Assembly: GCA_965285935.1 (NCBI GenBank)
Contig: OZ260665.1
Span: 32,674,001-32,738,000, forward strand
Direction: 5' to 3'
Length of the DNA: 64,000 bases
Source: Ophelia neglecta
Lineage: Eukaryota
Under the pieces are notes generated by a model, which was not told the DNA's origin, ran no database searches, and saw only the letters and a list, made by a program, of their open reading frames with translations. The first letter of the stretch is position 1, and each line of letters begins with the position of its first letter. A program made the position numbers and the translations under genes. Below, piece after piece: positions 24,655-36,634 of the stretch.

Positions 24655-26680
24655 ATAATAATTAGAAATGAATCTGTCATTTTCAGAGCCCGGTACAAGC
24701 ATATTCGGTGGTGCGGCTAACAAGTCGTCACTTCTCACTGGGCAGGTTTCCCTACAGTAACGAACTCAATGAATAAGCATGAATCTATCAGCATACACAA
24801 CTTCATAAATTTATTTGAATACCTCTATCAGTTTATACTTTATTCATACATTAGAATGAATCTATTTGCCCTTTATATATTAAAATGAATTTATCAGCCT
24901 TTAAGCCCCTGTCACACTGTGACGAGTTTGGCCCACGAGTTACCACGAGTTACAACTCGCCGCAACTCTTCAGGTGTCGTGTAGGTCTCGAAACAATGTC
25001 TTTGCATATCGTAGAGATGTCTCTTTATATTGCCTTTACTCGTCAAGCGGTGGCGAGAATTTTAAACGGTTTAAAATTGTCGTGCGAGTTTTCGTCTCGT
25101 ACACATGTTGAAGACTTGTCGTAGAGGTGTCGCCAAAACTCGAACACATGTGGTAGAAATGTCTTCAGTTGTCGTCACTTCTCGCCCTGTTGTAAAGTCA
25201 TTCGATGGGCTACGAGTTTATCTGCGAGTTTGGGCGACATGAACGCGATCTCTGCTCGACATACAGCGAGATTGTACGACTTCCCTTCAACATCTGTACG
25301 AGTTTCTGCGAGTTCTGTTCGACATGTCCTCGACATTGCTGCGAGTTGTGGCGATTCTATAAAAAGATCGTCTTCAGCAGCATCCTCTTCCATCTGGGCC
25401 AGAAGTTCAATGTTTCTGAACCTCTGAGCCATGGCTGTGATGTTTTTTCCTACAAGAACCAACTGGAGTTTGATCCAAAAAGTGCTGGACCACCAGAATT
25501 TATACCCAAATTACTATATGTTGGCCTCACTCGTACATTTCTCGCAGCTCACTCGTTATAACTCGTCATTAACCCGTACACATGTCGCCAAAACTCGTGT
25601 AGTCTCGCCTAAACTCGTACATTCTCGAAGCTGTCGAGAAGATGTCGTACACAGGTCGTACAGATGTCGATTAAATTCGTGTTAAATTAAATGTTATCGT
25701 ACTAATCTCGTATCAATGTGGAAGAGAACTCGAGCACAACTCGAGCAGGAGTCGAACTGATGTCTCCATCACTCGAAATCATGGTCAACTCGTCGAATTT
25801 TTGGCGAATTATAACTCGCCAGCACTCGTCGTAACTCGTGGGCCCAACTCGTCACAGTGTGACAGGGGCTTTAGGGCCTTCATTAACAAGGTTGTGTATA
25901 TCAACCGTAGGCCCTGCAAAAATAAAACGCACAAATTTGCCTGTAAGACGTCCAAGAGAATAAGAGTGATTAAATCAGCCGAGCACAGCCTAAGAACGAG
26001 AGTTTTTAAGCACAGTAGTGAATCTATCAGTATATTGTAATATATGACCTTTATAAATAACAGTGATAATATCAGCTTTTTCTTTCTATAGGACTTTTAT
26101 CAATAAACATTGACTCTTAAGCCTTTAGGATGTGCCTCATGCAAAACAAATGAATCAAGGTAGGACAAAAATGTGATATGATATAGGAGAGTCCATGATT
26201 ATCTAATCTCTCTCAGAACTTAGAGACTAAGTATGAAGTTTCTAAATTAACAAAAGATCAAAAGGGTTAGTCAAAGGTCCCTACATACATTGAGCATCAT
26301 TCTAACCAATATCAGAAACATGAGATTTGCGAAATATAGAGACATTTTATTGTCTCTAGTGGAAGGAAGAAACCATTCAGCATATAGGACCTTGCTAAAT
26401 AAGAATAAATAGAACCTTGATTTATAAGAATGACTATATTAGCCTATATACAACCACCATGAATAAGAATGAATCTAATAGCATATAGGGCATTAAAGAA
26501 TAAGAATAAATCTATCAGTATGTAGAACCTTGATTTATAAGAATTATTCTATCAGGCTCAAGGACTTTGGTAAATAAGAATGATTCTATCTCACATGTGC
26601 GGCCATTGGAACCTAGATAAATAAGAATAAATGAGTCAGCCTATATCAATTTGACAGTCAAGAGAAATAATCTATTGACC
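24655..26680. repeat. Ancient degenerate ~37-bp minisatellite, interrupted by a Harbinger element
   Basis: Recurrent AATAAGAATGAATCTATCAGCATATAGGACCTTG-like units at 24772-24900, 25875-26130 and most clearly 26375-26645. Confidence 0.7.
24904..25870. mobile_element. PIF/Harbinger non-autonomous element (967 bp)
   Basis: TIRs AGCCCCTGTCACACTGTGACGAGTT...AACTCGTCACAGTGTGACAGGGGCT, TTA TSD at 24901-24903 and 25871-25873, many CGAGT/ACTCG subterminal repeats. Confidence 0.9.
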
Positions 26681-27200
26681 TTGACATTGAATTTTATTTA
26701 CCTCGAGGCTTGTACACAATAATTACAAACAAACATACACAAATTTCACCAGTAAAATACAAAGAAATGTCAAAAATAAAACATCTGGACAGGTGGTACG
26801 TAAAATTCAGACTATAACACCTGGATAATGTATGAAAGAATGAATCTCCCATTCTGCAGAATTATTATTTTTCACTAAGCCTGTTTTAAACATGGATTTA
26901 CCAGACTAATAAGTTCGAATCACCAGTACATGTGTCCAGACTTGTCCATCATATTGAACAATTCCCTCTATATAGTGTTTTTGACAATGTCTTGCGCCAA
27001 TTGCTAAGAATGAAAGTTATATAATGATGGTGAAATCAGTGTCTTGTGCTGTAACGTGTGGAAAACGGGAGTAGGTACATGTACAGGGCACACAGAGCAA
27101 TCCAGTAGAATTCAAGAAAAACCCACTGATGCATTGGCTAGTGGAAACAAGTAGACATACAACTCTTTAGCTCTGGCTAGGAAAGAAAACGTAAAAAAAA
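26680..27200 (-). mobile_element. Highly degraded CR1-like LINE 3' end
   Basis: Minus strand ends AATAAAATTCAATGTCAAGGTCAA. Upstream frames give YSTR and GQVW..MFK remnants resembling the CR1 ORF2 C-terminus. Confidence 0.35.
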
Positions 27201-28377
27201 CATCTGAATATCCGTCAAATATAACCTTCATATCAGTGGCGTTACTCTAATGGTATAGGTAAAAAGTGTAGCATGCGATGAGTCACGTGTTTTAGGTTTT
27301 TGAAGTATCAGTAACATCACGCCCATGATGGAGCAACACAGTGTTATCATTATGAACAGAAGTGTTGGTGAATTATATAATGAAACACACAAAGTTCGAA
27401 TCCTATCCCGTATGGTTTATTTCAGAGCTGTAAGTAGTCTTATTTGCATTCGTAAGTAGCCTTATTCCTCAAAAAGCGTACACACTGTCACGTGATACCA
27501 CACATATCGTTCAATTCCGCGCCTTAAGTAGCCGTATTCAGTCCCAAACCACAAATTATTAAGTAGAGTAACAACTAGAGCGAATTATCAAACTCAATAA
27601 ATATCACGACCAGCCAATTCCAGAAACGTGTGAATGTCGGAACATAGGGGCAGTATATTGTCTCTGGCGGAAGCAAACAACTGACTTTTCAATCAGGAAT
27701 TTTTAGGCGGATGTCTATAAGTGCTGTGGAAAGAGGAGGCCGGAAGCTGAATGTCATGAAAACATCATGCACCATCAGGTTTTTCACATCAGAGCTGCGA
27801 ATTGACGATTTGAAAGATAACGAGAAATGGCAAATTGAGGTTTAATGCAGGTCACGGCCCAATTTGCAAATAAGAAGTGGTGAGGGGCGGTGGAGGCATG
27901 ATCATCATTAAGTGTCCCCTTTTAGAATCCTAATGGCCCTAAGTTCAGAAAAAGGATGTCTAGGGTGAGGGGGGGGGGGGGGTTCCATTTCTATGAGCCT
28001 ATATAAGCGAGCCAGAACTGAGGATTTGGCCTTCCCATACTGTTTCGTTTACTGTTTCCCACTGAGATCTCAAGAGCTTCGAGGTAAACCGAGGCGGGTA
28101 GAAATACACATTAAATATATTATTAAGTACAACTTCTATAGGCAAACCCTTCTGATTTCGACGATATATTCATTAAATTAGATTTAAAAGTCACATTCAT
28201 TGGTTCGACTAGTGGGTCTTTCTGTTCTGCAGACAGCCATCTATAGACAACCCAGGGGCACGCGCTGTCAATACATACACCTTCCTCATTCCTTTAGGAA
28301 ACCTTATATCTAACCCAAAAGTGGGACTAGCATTCCTGCTCTCTGGCTGGTAATACTGTCGCCAGGCTCTTAATTTA

Positions 28378-29108
28378 AGCCATGGTCACAACCGACCCAC
28401 GTAGGGTCCACGACAGCTCCACGTAGAGATTTTGGCGGTGTACGTGGCCGTACGCGGGTGGCACCCACGCGCTACGCAAGAAATTCCGACTACGTGAGGC
28501 CCGCGTGGCCTCTATTTTCGTACGTGGCTCAAAATTGAACATGCTCTATTTTTTGCCACGTAGGGTCCACGATATTTTCGCGTGGCAACCGCGTGGGTAG
28601 CGGGTGGGGGGCCCGTGGGGGGCACGTGGGGTGGACGTGGGTGACACTTGCGCATTTTCTTCGTAATTTCCAGGGTATATAAGCTCGAGAATAGGATTCG
28701 GGCATTGTGCAAGTTATTATCCCTGGTGAAGAGATGGCGATTCCGCCAGAGCGCCTACGGCTGGCCCTGCTCAGAAGGCGTTTGGGCGAAATTGAGATAG
28801 AGCACAACATAGTATTACTAGCTTTGATACAGGCCTGGGAGCAGCAGGGGCAGGAGCGAAACCCGAGACGATGGTGGGTCCGCCCCTGGATCGTGCGCAC
28901 TACCCACGCACTACGCAGGCGCTACCCACGGTCTACGCACGCAATGCCCACGCGAACACCTCGAAAAAAAAGCGTTTTCTACGTGGACCTGACGCACCGA
29001 TGTGACCACTCCCACGTGAAATATGCCCACGTACATAAAACGGCCACGTAGCAAAATTTTCTTCACTACGTACGCAAAAATCGCGTACGTTCGATTGTGA
29101 CCATGGCT
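28378..29108 (+). mobile_element. PIF/Harbinger internal-deletion derivative retaining the transposase N-terminus
   Basis: TIRs AGCCATGGTCACAA...TTGTGACCATGGCT. CACGT/ACGTG-rich subterminal arrays. ORF from ATG ~28734 encodes ...RNPRRWWVRPWI, the typical Harbinger transposase N-terminal motif. Confidence 0.88.
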
Positions 29109-32100
29109 TAACACTACGAAATGGTGATTTACAACATAGGCACTTCGTATTTGTAACACATGTAAAATAGTTACACATTAAGCTTCAAATTTTGGAACAT
29201 TTTTCTAACCCAAAATTGGATTCTGACTAAATGACTTCATCACTATACCAGTGAACACGAAGCACGATCGATCGCTTCTGATAATTTTTTGTCGTGTATT
29301 GTCCAGAACTCCCTATAGAGGTACTGTGGGCATTAATGTTTTTATATTACCAGAACATAATTTTGATTAGGTTTTAGCGAAGAAGCGGCGAGGACGCATG
29401 ATAATGCGATTCTTACATGCTATGAATCCATTATTATTGAATCAGGTGCAGTAATCTCACCTTATACATAGATTGAACAGTTATCTCAGGGTAGCAAGAA
29501 TTTACATGGCTTTAATAAATATTCGACCAAAAAACAGACGAGTTGACATCATCTTCGATCATAATGTGATGAACGAGGCGTTACAATCACATGAATATAT
29601 CAGCATATACATGCATGAGTAGCAGATCAGGGGTGTTAGGGATTAAGACTTAGGTAGAGTCAAAGTCTCCACACTATCAAACTCGATGAGAATTCGGACC
29701 TCCCCGTAATTCCCTTCTCCTTGGCAAAAGATAAGGTGAATTGAAGGTAATTGGAGTCACTATACATCCCACTGACTTACTCAGAAATACGGGTGTAGGA
29801 ATTCCATTTGCCGGTTATCCGGATAAACATATTAGTCTTAAGTGTGTCCTTTTATACATGAACATAACACGACAAATATTTCTCAACACTTCGGAAGCGG
29901 TCTTCTCATTATCTTATTTGACCTACTGACATTCGTGATGGATAATTTGACCTTCCTCCCCCTCTTCTCTATAGGTAGTGTACTGTTATAAGAGGTTTCA
30001 TATTAAAAATCATTATGGATTTTTCTGTTAGATATAGAGATATCAAATGAAATAGATAATACTGTAGATCGGAAAATCACGGTAGACATTTTTATTAAAA
30101 CTGACTGAGCGCCTAGTTCTAAGCGTGACCACCGGGTACGTTTGGGTAACAGTCAGCTTTAAGCAACATTATTCACAACTAGATATATAATGAGAATTCG
30201 ACAAATATTCTAGGCAGGTATTAGCGACAAGAGCCAATTTGCAGACAAATCCGATCTTGGCCAACAGAAGCCCAGTCACAGCAAACACTTCCATTTGGTT
30301 AGTAGCTGTCGACAGCGGGACTGTAATTACCTAGAGCACTATATTGTTGTCGAAACGAGGCAACTGGTGAGATATTGGTTAGGTGTCACTCATTTAGCTG
30401 AATTTAATAGACTAGTTCGTATATTTCTCTTCTCGTTTGTCGGGAGAACTCCAAAGACAATCCCCGCATACATTCGTTCTGAGCATCATGTATTACAGAC
30501 CCAATAAATAATAGATTGTATTCACAAAAAAGGGAATCGATATTGCCTTAATCACCTTTTATAGAAATCTTCCTGGGGCCATTAACTGTCAATACTGGGG
30601 CTGATATTGCTATCGCCCAAGCTAAATGTTTTCCTCGCATTGTCAGCTGTTGACTTTTGAGAGTAGGCATTTGTTTGGTACAGCAGTAACAACGTTTGGG
30701 GCTGTTTTTGTATTTACGAAATGTATTGGCAATACAGCTACACCATCAAACCATTTTACCACCAATCCCCAAATAATTGAGAAATTAGCTTCCAAGTTAT
30801 TTTGGTATTGTTGCTCATACTCAACGTGGCTCTTAACAAACATCAGCCGCAAATTGAATTATGTTTCTAATATTTCTTTGTCCATGTTTCCAGGGCAATG
30901 GAGCTGTGTGCATTACATTTTAACGATTCCCTTCTACTGTATGTGCTTTTAACCGTCGTATTTATCTCAGATGGAGGGAGGGTGGGGTGGGGGGCTTCCA
31001 AGATCAGACACCCTTCTCATCCCCTGGTGAGGATCATCTCCCTGGATAAACTGGAGGAAAGACCGGTGCCCTTGCTCACATATTTTCTTCTGCATGGGAA
31101 TGTGGTACCGACTTAACGTTAACGGGGTTAAAAGGTAAGTTCGAACCAACTGCTGGCTGTACAATAAAATTATATAAGATTGATCTTATTCTACGAAACC
31201 CTGAAAGTAACAGACCCTGCCTTAATATTCAACTATAGGGCCTATCCAAGCACCATACACAGTTAAATAGAACAAACGATTATGTCGAAAAGAGCAATTT
31301 AACAACATTGAATGTCACAATTACCATTGGAATGCTAAAAATTGTATCCATTCAAATATACTTTTGTTGTATACAATGTCATTCGTGCCTGCGGGTAAAA
31401 AAAGGCCAATATTGTTGCCAGGCCATGGTGGGCCCATGTGTTCAACAATCGAAGCTACACTTGGCTTTTTTGACGAAGGGGGGAAGGCGGTTCCTAGCAA
31501 TTGTTCCGACCGTATTAATATCATGATTTGATTGATAGATCGGACATGCTTTTTAGAAGCAAATATTCTAGGTCTACCTACGTTCGAACTAACACGCCTG
31601 CTTACCAATAACCCATCGTTTAATAAGTCATTAATGTTCCACTATACCATATAGAAATAAACAATCATTTTCGTATCTTTTGAGTGATGTGTTTTCCATA
31701 AATTTATTCAAAGAAATCATGGATATATATTTAGCTTTAAGAGTTGATAGGAACCCAATCTAAAAGCTAAGAAAAGCTGATTAAATTGTTGACATACAGT
31801 GAGAAGATTTTAAGAACTTTCAGGAAAACATCGACTATGTACACTGTGTGTAAGAAAAACCTTTGACGCGTATATAAGCTTGCAGTCAATAGATCTAGCT
31901 ATAATAAGGCAATCTCCCACATGCTATAGTTTTATATGAAAAAAAGAAATCAAATCAAATCGAAAAAATGCGGATCAAACACAAGTTTGTGGAGTGGAAC
32001 AAGACTTAACAATCTTTCAAGATTAAAGGGATGCTGTTCTGAAAAGCAACCGCGGGCTCTGAATAGATAACCAATGTCTACTAAGAAAAACTTGTATCCG

Positions 32101-35100
32101 CAGAAATGTCTCCAACTATAATCACGCCCTCAATTACCCTTGAAACTTGTAAACAGAGGTGCATACGAGAAAGAGGGAAATCAGATTCTGTGATCAACAC
32201 GGGCTTAAGCTAGTTTCCTTCCGCAATCTGAGATCCCCAACGAGAGGAACTCGCATAGAAATGTACAAAAAGTCGTCCTGTTGGTTACCCACTTGACATC
32301 TCTAAAGCCCGTTACCTCGGTCGCTTTAAAGGGGAGACTCCCAAGTGGTTAATGAGAATTTTGTAAAAGAAGAAAAGGCACGCCGTAGCAAATATGCATA
32401 CATTTCTAACCGAATTGCCATCTGAAAAGCCTGTCGGAGTTCTAAAGAGCCAAGCCAGACGACATCACTTGGGAGTAGCAATAAACCCGAACATGAGAAT
32501 GTGAATAAATTTTAGTTAACTAAGCTACATTTTTGGCTTCTCCGGGGAGCTTGAGAAATCACAAACTGGATACAATAGTATCTCCAACATCCCCTCCATT
32601 CATGATAAACATAAAAATTGGTAGCTATTTTTCAAATACCAAAGCAGAATCTCCGCCAAATTTCTACCCCCAGAATCAACCTTCTACTGTCCCTGAGCCA
32701 TGTTAACCCCCTTCTGATTTTAGTACCAGACATTCCTGCACAGATAACACGAGGGTGAGAGTATGTCCATTCTAAGCATTATATAACAGACAGAAAGGGC
32801 ATAGTGTTAGCCTTTTGCATAAAATAAGCTGACACGCCCGTTAATCCGGTGGATAAAAATCCTCCATCGCATTATTGCTTAGGCCAGTGCTAAGCAAGAT
32901 AGACAAGGAAAGAAAAGCTGCCTCGGTACGAGGCCGGTACCAGCAGGCTAGGTGGCGATAATTCTTTATTATTCCATAGAAATGTCAAAGGCTCGAGGGT
33001 GTAATGCTAATCATAATAGACATCTCCATATACCAAGCCATTGTGTGCTCATTGCTGGTAAATACAATATAGTCCGCCTCCCTGCCCTAATAAAGATAAT
33101 CTATTTTATCCAGTTAGCAAGCGAACAGCACTTAATAGCATTGACGTCGGATCCTTTACAATGTTTCTGTTTAATACGCTTTTCTTTTTGACCAAATATG
33201 TGGTGTGAACTTGCATGGAAATATGCAAAACTCGTTTACTCAGATTACGAATATTGCGAAAACCCCTTACCGTTTACCACTGGGCTTATTTCATGTGAGA
33301 AAGCCTAATATTCGCCTTTTGATAAATGTTATGTCTTGACGCACAATGGTAAACTAGGATTGTCAATCATTGATGGCGATGTTAACTGTTAGGCACTCAC
33401 CAGACATGCCCCATTTTATTTCCCCCTGGAGATCACGCCCATAGATATATTCACAAAAGCGCATACGACTTGTTTTCAAAATCGGAAGCTGGGAAAATGC
33501 TGCAGTGTTCTGTTTAGGAAAGAATTGCTCCCTTTGGTAATTTTTTTTTAATTTCGTAAGCGACTTTTAATTCATGTCAAGATTATATAGACCGCTTCCC
33601 TAATCACTGCTGAGCGGGTTTGCCGAAAACTTCAAATATAGACACGATCTTTTGGCTTATGGAATTTACAGTACACGTTTATCTAAATTATTGCTTGTAT
33701 GAAGTAGCAAAAATACACACACACCCTGCACTGACTTCAAATCAACAAATACTTGCCTTAAGAGAATGGGGAAATAGTTTTCTCGTAGATTTATTAGACA
33801 CTCAATTCGACGCATGTAATGAATGTGTTGTTCTGCCACTCAAGGAGATACACCTAATGGACCGCTCTCTATATGTTTTCAGCCCAATACATATCTCCGA
33901 CTCTTGGGGATGTATATGTATATAAATGAAACACAAACAAGTCGTAAAGGCAGATTTACAAACGTGTCTCGCACACAGGCATGATTAATTCTCATGTCTG
34001 TCTCATCCTGTACATTTGGCGCCTTTATCACTTAGCTTTCCTTTTACACAACACATTTGTTCACCAGAAATGGTCCGATATCCCATGAAAGTATAATGTC
34101 AATGTTCCCAACTGGATTGTCTAGACTTTTCAGAATGCAACAATTATCAATTGACTTAAGACCAAGTATTTATTTATTCAAATTATTCTGGATAATGTTG
34201 AACCCATTGACCTCTACGGCAACTTACGGCAAATAAAGAAATTGCAACAGAATTTTTGAAACGCATGTCGCGAGAATATGACGTATCTTATGACTTTTAT
34301 AGCAAAGCGGTAAAACTATATAAAAACAGTGTATCAAAAAATATCACGAATTATATATCTTAAACAATGGCTTTAGATTTAACTACAAAACAAACGGTTC
34401 TCATAATTATGAGGCGGAATATAATTTGCTTGCATCACTATTAATAATTGAACCTACTGCTGTACAATGAAGACACCATTGGTGGAGAGGTTAAATAATC
34501 CATCTGAAATATATCATTGATTCAAATCCTTATAAAGCCGAAAGTGTGTAGCACTATATATCCTGGTCACATTTACTGGTTTCATTTTCTGATTTTACTC
34601 CCCTGAAGCCTATCGGGTAAGGGGCCGTGTGCAGCGTATAGTGTAGCACTTCCTGTCCTCACATATATGCTATTAAGGTTTACATATGTTTTATAGTCAG
34701 TATTAGAGTTCGGATGGTGTCTCAGGATTATAGTTCGGATGGTTGACACTTAGTGTGCGGACCTAAACGATGTTTAATACTGACAGCCGGAATATGTCTT
34801 CATGGTCCTGGAGGTTTCAAAACTATTAGTCTAGATTTTTCGCATAACTAAATACTACCGCTATACTACAAGCGTTTACCCTAATGACACCATACAACCC
34901 CAGGCACTATAGCTTACGTTTCAGGAAAGAGCACACTGGGGCAGGTAGCGTTTATCAAACCAGACTTGAAGGTCGAGCTTCATGAAAGACTACCTCACAA
35001 GCTGTAGTGTGATCTCTCCACTTGGAGGCGCCAGTTGTGAGGTTAAGCTTTCATCATATATGTTAATATGCTGAGTTCCGGTTTGGTCCGTCAGAAAACA

Positions 35101-36226
35101 CGACGTGAAAGCCGAGAACATTAACAGGTTATGTAAACTTGTTTCAGAAAAAGTTTCGACTATCCATATCTCACGAAAAGAGGGCATTTGAAGCGTATAA
35201 GGGCTATCTTTCAGCACCGTTGCTTCGTCGATTTGATTTTCTATCTCATTTCAACTATTTCAATAGACAAATCTTTCGGATCAAATGCTGGGCATATTCC
35301 ACTTCATCAATCGTAGCCATCAACTTTTTATGGTGATTGGGTTGGTGATTTGCGCTCCTCCTGTTATATTTCACCTGGAGTCTAAAGAGATACTGCCATA
35401 CATCGGCAAAACCAACGGAATGAGTCGATTAAACACCCAAATGATTCTCACTTTGAGATATTTAAATGGTTTCCTGACGCTACGGAAATAATTAATGAAT
35501 TTGTAAAAAGGTTTGCTCAGAGATCAAGCAGTGACTTAATCACAAAAAAAGTGATCGCGGGTTCTTATATTAGAACTTTTAGAAGCAGGGAGATAATCGA
35601 TCATCCACTGATGATAGTGGGAGCCGTTTGTGTTGCTTTTTATGCAACGCCGCCTAGCCATTGTTAAAAGGGGATAACACATGAAACTAAAGATAATGTA
35701 TTCCATTTTCTTGGCCAAACCTTCCTTGGTGTCATTTAAACACTTGAATCTCAATTGTCAATCATTTAACAGTTCGATGACACAAGAACACGACGTGTTA
35801 TATCAAGGGCCTTTAATGTTTACATAACAAACTGTTTTGAGTATAATGTAAAACGACAGTAACAGTCTGTGTTCCATGTGATTGCGAGGAGGTGGCGTTT
35901 CCTAGACAGGGGAGGGGTTTACTTGTCCTGGATTGAGGTTCAATTGCGTGAGGAAGGTAGTTCTTTGCCCGAGAGTGAGGTTCAATAGAGGAGTTGAGTT
36001 CTTATTGGTTTTAGGGCCTATTAATTTGCTATGTATTCCGTTTATTTTAATTTCAAACGATGGTGATTTATTTCCAGGTGGTGGAGTTTGATTGACATGG
36101 GTTGTTTTTTTCCTTGTGGATTTGACAGCTTGCTTTTTTTTTGCCGCTTGGAACTGATTGCCAGCGGGTGGGACCTCATAACCAAGGACCGTTTCTTGAA
36201 ATGCCAGTGGCTGGAGTTTAAGTGCC

Positions 36227-36296
36227 ATGGGGTGGGGGTGGGGTTGGATGGTAAGGGGTGGGGTTTATGGCTAGGGGTGGGGTTTGGTGGCTAGGG
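36227..36296 (+). other. G-rich tract with G-quadruplex potential in intron 2
   Basis: More than four G3+ runs: GGGGTGGGGGTGGGGTTGG..GGGGTGGGG..GGGGTGGGG. Confidence 0.5.
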
Positions 36297-36533
36297 TAGT
36301 TTTTAAGCAGGTTCCATTGGATTGTCAGTTACGGTGCGTGGAATTTACTTGGCAGGCGGTGGGGTCTTGACTCTCTTTTGCACGATACGCCAGTTATCTT
36401 TGTCATCGAAGGGGTTAATTCATATACATGTAAGCCACGAATAACAATGTGTTTATTAAATTGTAAAACAAAATATGAGAAATAGTATACGAAAACCATG
36501 TTCTATAGAGTGGATAATGAAAACAAGGCTTAC

Positions 36534-36634
36534 TCATTTATAGATGGAAAGATCTCTGAGAGGAGGTTGTAGGTCTGTAGAGGGAGCCAGCAGAAGGCAA
36601 ACAGCACTACCACAATTATCAACATCTTAATGAC
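36534..36634 (-). CDS. Lkr: Kinin-receptor-family GPCR, coding exon 2 (TM6-ECL3)
   Basis: Acceptor ttcctttgcag|GTC. Translates VIKMLIIVVVLFAFCWLPLQTYNLLSEIFPSIN (CWLP motif). Donor GA|GTAAGC; 101 nt, phase 0 to phase 2. Confidence 0.93.

Noticed and set aside
32920-32952. Helitron 3' end (hairpin GCCTCG-GTA-CGAGGC then CTAG)
   Set aside because: CTAG is followed by G rather than T and no 5' end could be identified. It could be chance.
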